Positions 17,222 to 18,642 of a DNA stretch of 18,642 nucleotides are shown piece by piece (within the stretch, counting starts at the first letter, position 1; the number at the start of each line of letters is the position of its first letter). This stretch comes from a bacterium. Lineage in GTDB: Bacteria > Hinthialibacterota > Hinthialibacteria > Hinthialibacterales > Hinthialibacteraceae. Below the pieces are notes generated by a model, which searched no databases, was not told the origin of the DNA, and saw only the letters and a program-made list of their open reading frames with translations. The stretch covers positions 1 through 18,642 of the forward strand of contig CAXXSM010000155.1 in NCBI GenBank assembly GCA_963663405.2. The letters run 5' to 3'. The translations under genes were made by a program, and so were the position numbers.

Positions 17222-18265
17222 TTATATAACTGTAATTGTTGATCCTGTTTTCGCGGATTCATAACAAGCGGCCAGGATTCGTTGATTACGGACACCGAGC
17301 TGCGCGCCGATCAAAGGTTCTCTGTTTTCGAGAATGGCGGCGCTGAATTCTTCGATCTCGGCCCGGTACATATTGACCGGTTCCGGCGCAATCACAATTC
17401 CCCCTCCACTATCTCTTTTTTGCTGAGCGTCGTAGGCCGAATGATCCTCTTGTATAAACGCGGTCATTTCTCCTGCTTCCCCTTGTCCGATCGTTCCTTG
17501 GGCAAGTATGCTGCCTTTCGAGCCGTAAAGTTCCAACCGATTTTTACTGCTTTCATCGGGAATGCAGAAATACGTGTCAACACTCGCCATCGCGCCATTC
17601 TTGAATGCCAACAAAGCTACGGCGCTGTCTTCGGATGCGTAATCGTGTACACTGTTGTTTACCATGCAACTGACATTTGTAATTTGACCAAAATACATTT
17701 CCAATAAATCAATGCAGTGTCCACCCATGTCGATCAATGAGCCTCCCCCCCCTACCGCTGGATCTTGCCGCCAGGCGTTTTCCATGGATGGATACCAACA
17801 GGAAAGCTGCGCCCGTCCATATACCGGTTTGCCGATAGCGCCTTCATTGACCATTTGCAGTGCGGCTTGGTGCTGCGAATGAAAGCGCATCATCAAGGCC
17901 GTTCCTAACCGGACTCCTGCGCTCAGGCATGTATCCCGCATCAATTCCGCTTCCTCAACGGAAAAGCCGAGGGGTTTTTCGCAGAGAATATGTTTCCCCG
18001 CTTTGGCGCTGGCTAAAACCTGTTGGCAGTGAAGGTTTGCCGGGGTAGCGATGTAAACCGCGTCGATCGAAGAAGAAAGCAGTTCCTCTATACTGGACAT
18101 AGGCTGAGCGTTACACTCATCCGCTGCGGATTGATTGATTGCTGGATCAATATCATACACAACGGATAAATCGGCGTTCTTTGCTGGAAGTATGCCTTCT
18201 GGGATGGTTCGCCGCCGGGCGATTCCGCCGGAACCAATGACTCCCCATCGTACAGTATTCGTCAT
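17222..18265 (-). CDS. Cytoplasmic Gfo/Idh/MocA family oxidoreductase (1,5-anhydro-D-fructose reductase-like)
   Basis: 347 aa with no signal peptide. WGVIGSGGIA, DAVYIATP, GKHILCEKPLG, WRQDPAVGGGGSLIDMGGHCIDL. Confidence 0.92.
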   Translation of the reverse strand: MTNTVRWGVIGSGGIARRRTIPEGILPAKNADLSVVYDIDPAINQSAADECNAQPMSSIEELLSSSIDAVYIATPANLHCQQVLASAKAGKHILCEKPLGFSVEEAELMRDTCLSAGVRLGTALMMRFHSQHQAALQMVNEGAIGKPVYGRAQLSCWYPSMENAWRQDPAVGGGGSLIDMGGHCIDLLEMYFGQITNVSCMVNNSVHDYASEDSAVALLAFKNGAMASVDTYFCIPDESSKNRLELYGSKGSILAQGTIGQGEAGEMTAFIQEDHSAYDAQQKRDSGGGIVIAPEPVNMYRAEIEEFSAAILENREPLIGAQLGVRNQRILAACYESAKTGSTITVI

Positions 18266-18642
18266 TTTGAACTCTCCTTCTTCATCTCTTTCAATAAACC
18301 GGCAGCGGCGTCACACCAAAGAATGGGAGTTTCGGGCGCTAAAGGCGCGCTGCTATAAGTGGCTTCGTAACCGCCCTCATCGTAACCGCGTGGATGTGGA
18401 ACATATCCCATGGATCCACCTGTCAAACCAATCACCCAAGTCCAATCCATCAATGAATGATTTTGGATATCGTTGCTGATTTCAACAAAACATTCCGCAG
18501 GAAGACCGGTGATCCCCACTGGACCCAGGCGAAGCGCGATAACTTCGGACGGACGGCTCTTTTCTTCGAGTTCCGCCAAGCGAATGATACCACGAGGCGT
18601 CAATTCATTGAAATTCCGCTTCTTCGCTTGTTCCGGATCTTT
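18262..18642 (-). CDS. C-terminal part of a neutral/alkaline ceramidase-like family protein, truncated by the window edge
   Basis: The frame stays open to 18642. ALRLGPVGITGLPAECFVE and GYVPHPRGYDEGGYE are typical of this family's C-terminus. Its stop overlaps the next start (ATGA at 18262-18265). Confidence 0.7.
   Translation of the reverse strand, partial: KDPEQAKKRNFNELTPRGIIRLAELEEKSRPSEVIALRLGPVGITGLPAECFVEISNDIQNHSLMDWTWVIGLTGGSMGYVPHPRGYDEGGYEATYSSAPLAPETPILWCDAAAGLLKEMKKESSK

Noticed and set aside
17744-17753. C-run as a phase-variation tract
   Set aside because: It encodes the conserved GGGG motif of Gfo/Idh/MocA proteins and the frame is intact.

Overview
Bacterial carbohydrate/sulfate-ester catabolic region interrupted by one intact insertion sequence. 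Left, on the minus strand: a Tat-exported sulfatase, a frameshifted cation:proton antiporter, a secreted GH2 glycosidase and a translationally coupled MBL-fold hydrolase. Right, on the plus strand: two Tat-exported Gfo/Idh/MocA proteins (one with GH109-like motifs), a second Tat sulfatase, a Tat FAD-dependent oxidoreductase and a frameshifted GH36 alpha-galactosidase. Converging on these are a cytoplasmic Gfo/Idh/MocA gene and a partial ceramidase-like gene. Between the divergent arms is a 2331-bp DDE-type IS (6303-8633) with 18-bp terminal inverted repeats and a 5-bp AATTT target duplication. It has an A8 -1 frameshift site joining an HTH ORF to the catalytic ORF, and its stop codon is completed by the target DNA. 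Non-coding features include a 42-bp-arm inverted repeat built of 9-nt GGAT units (11185-11325), a REP-like hairpin and candidate operators. No rRNA, tRNA or CRISPR array was seen. All family calls come from motif reading, not database searches.
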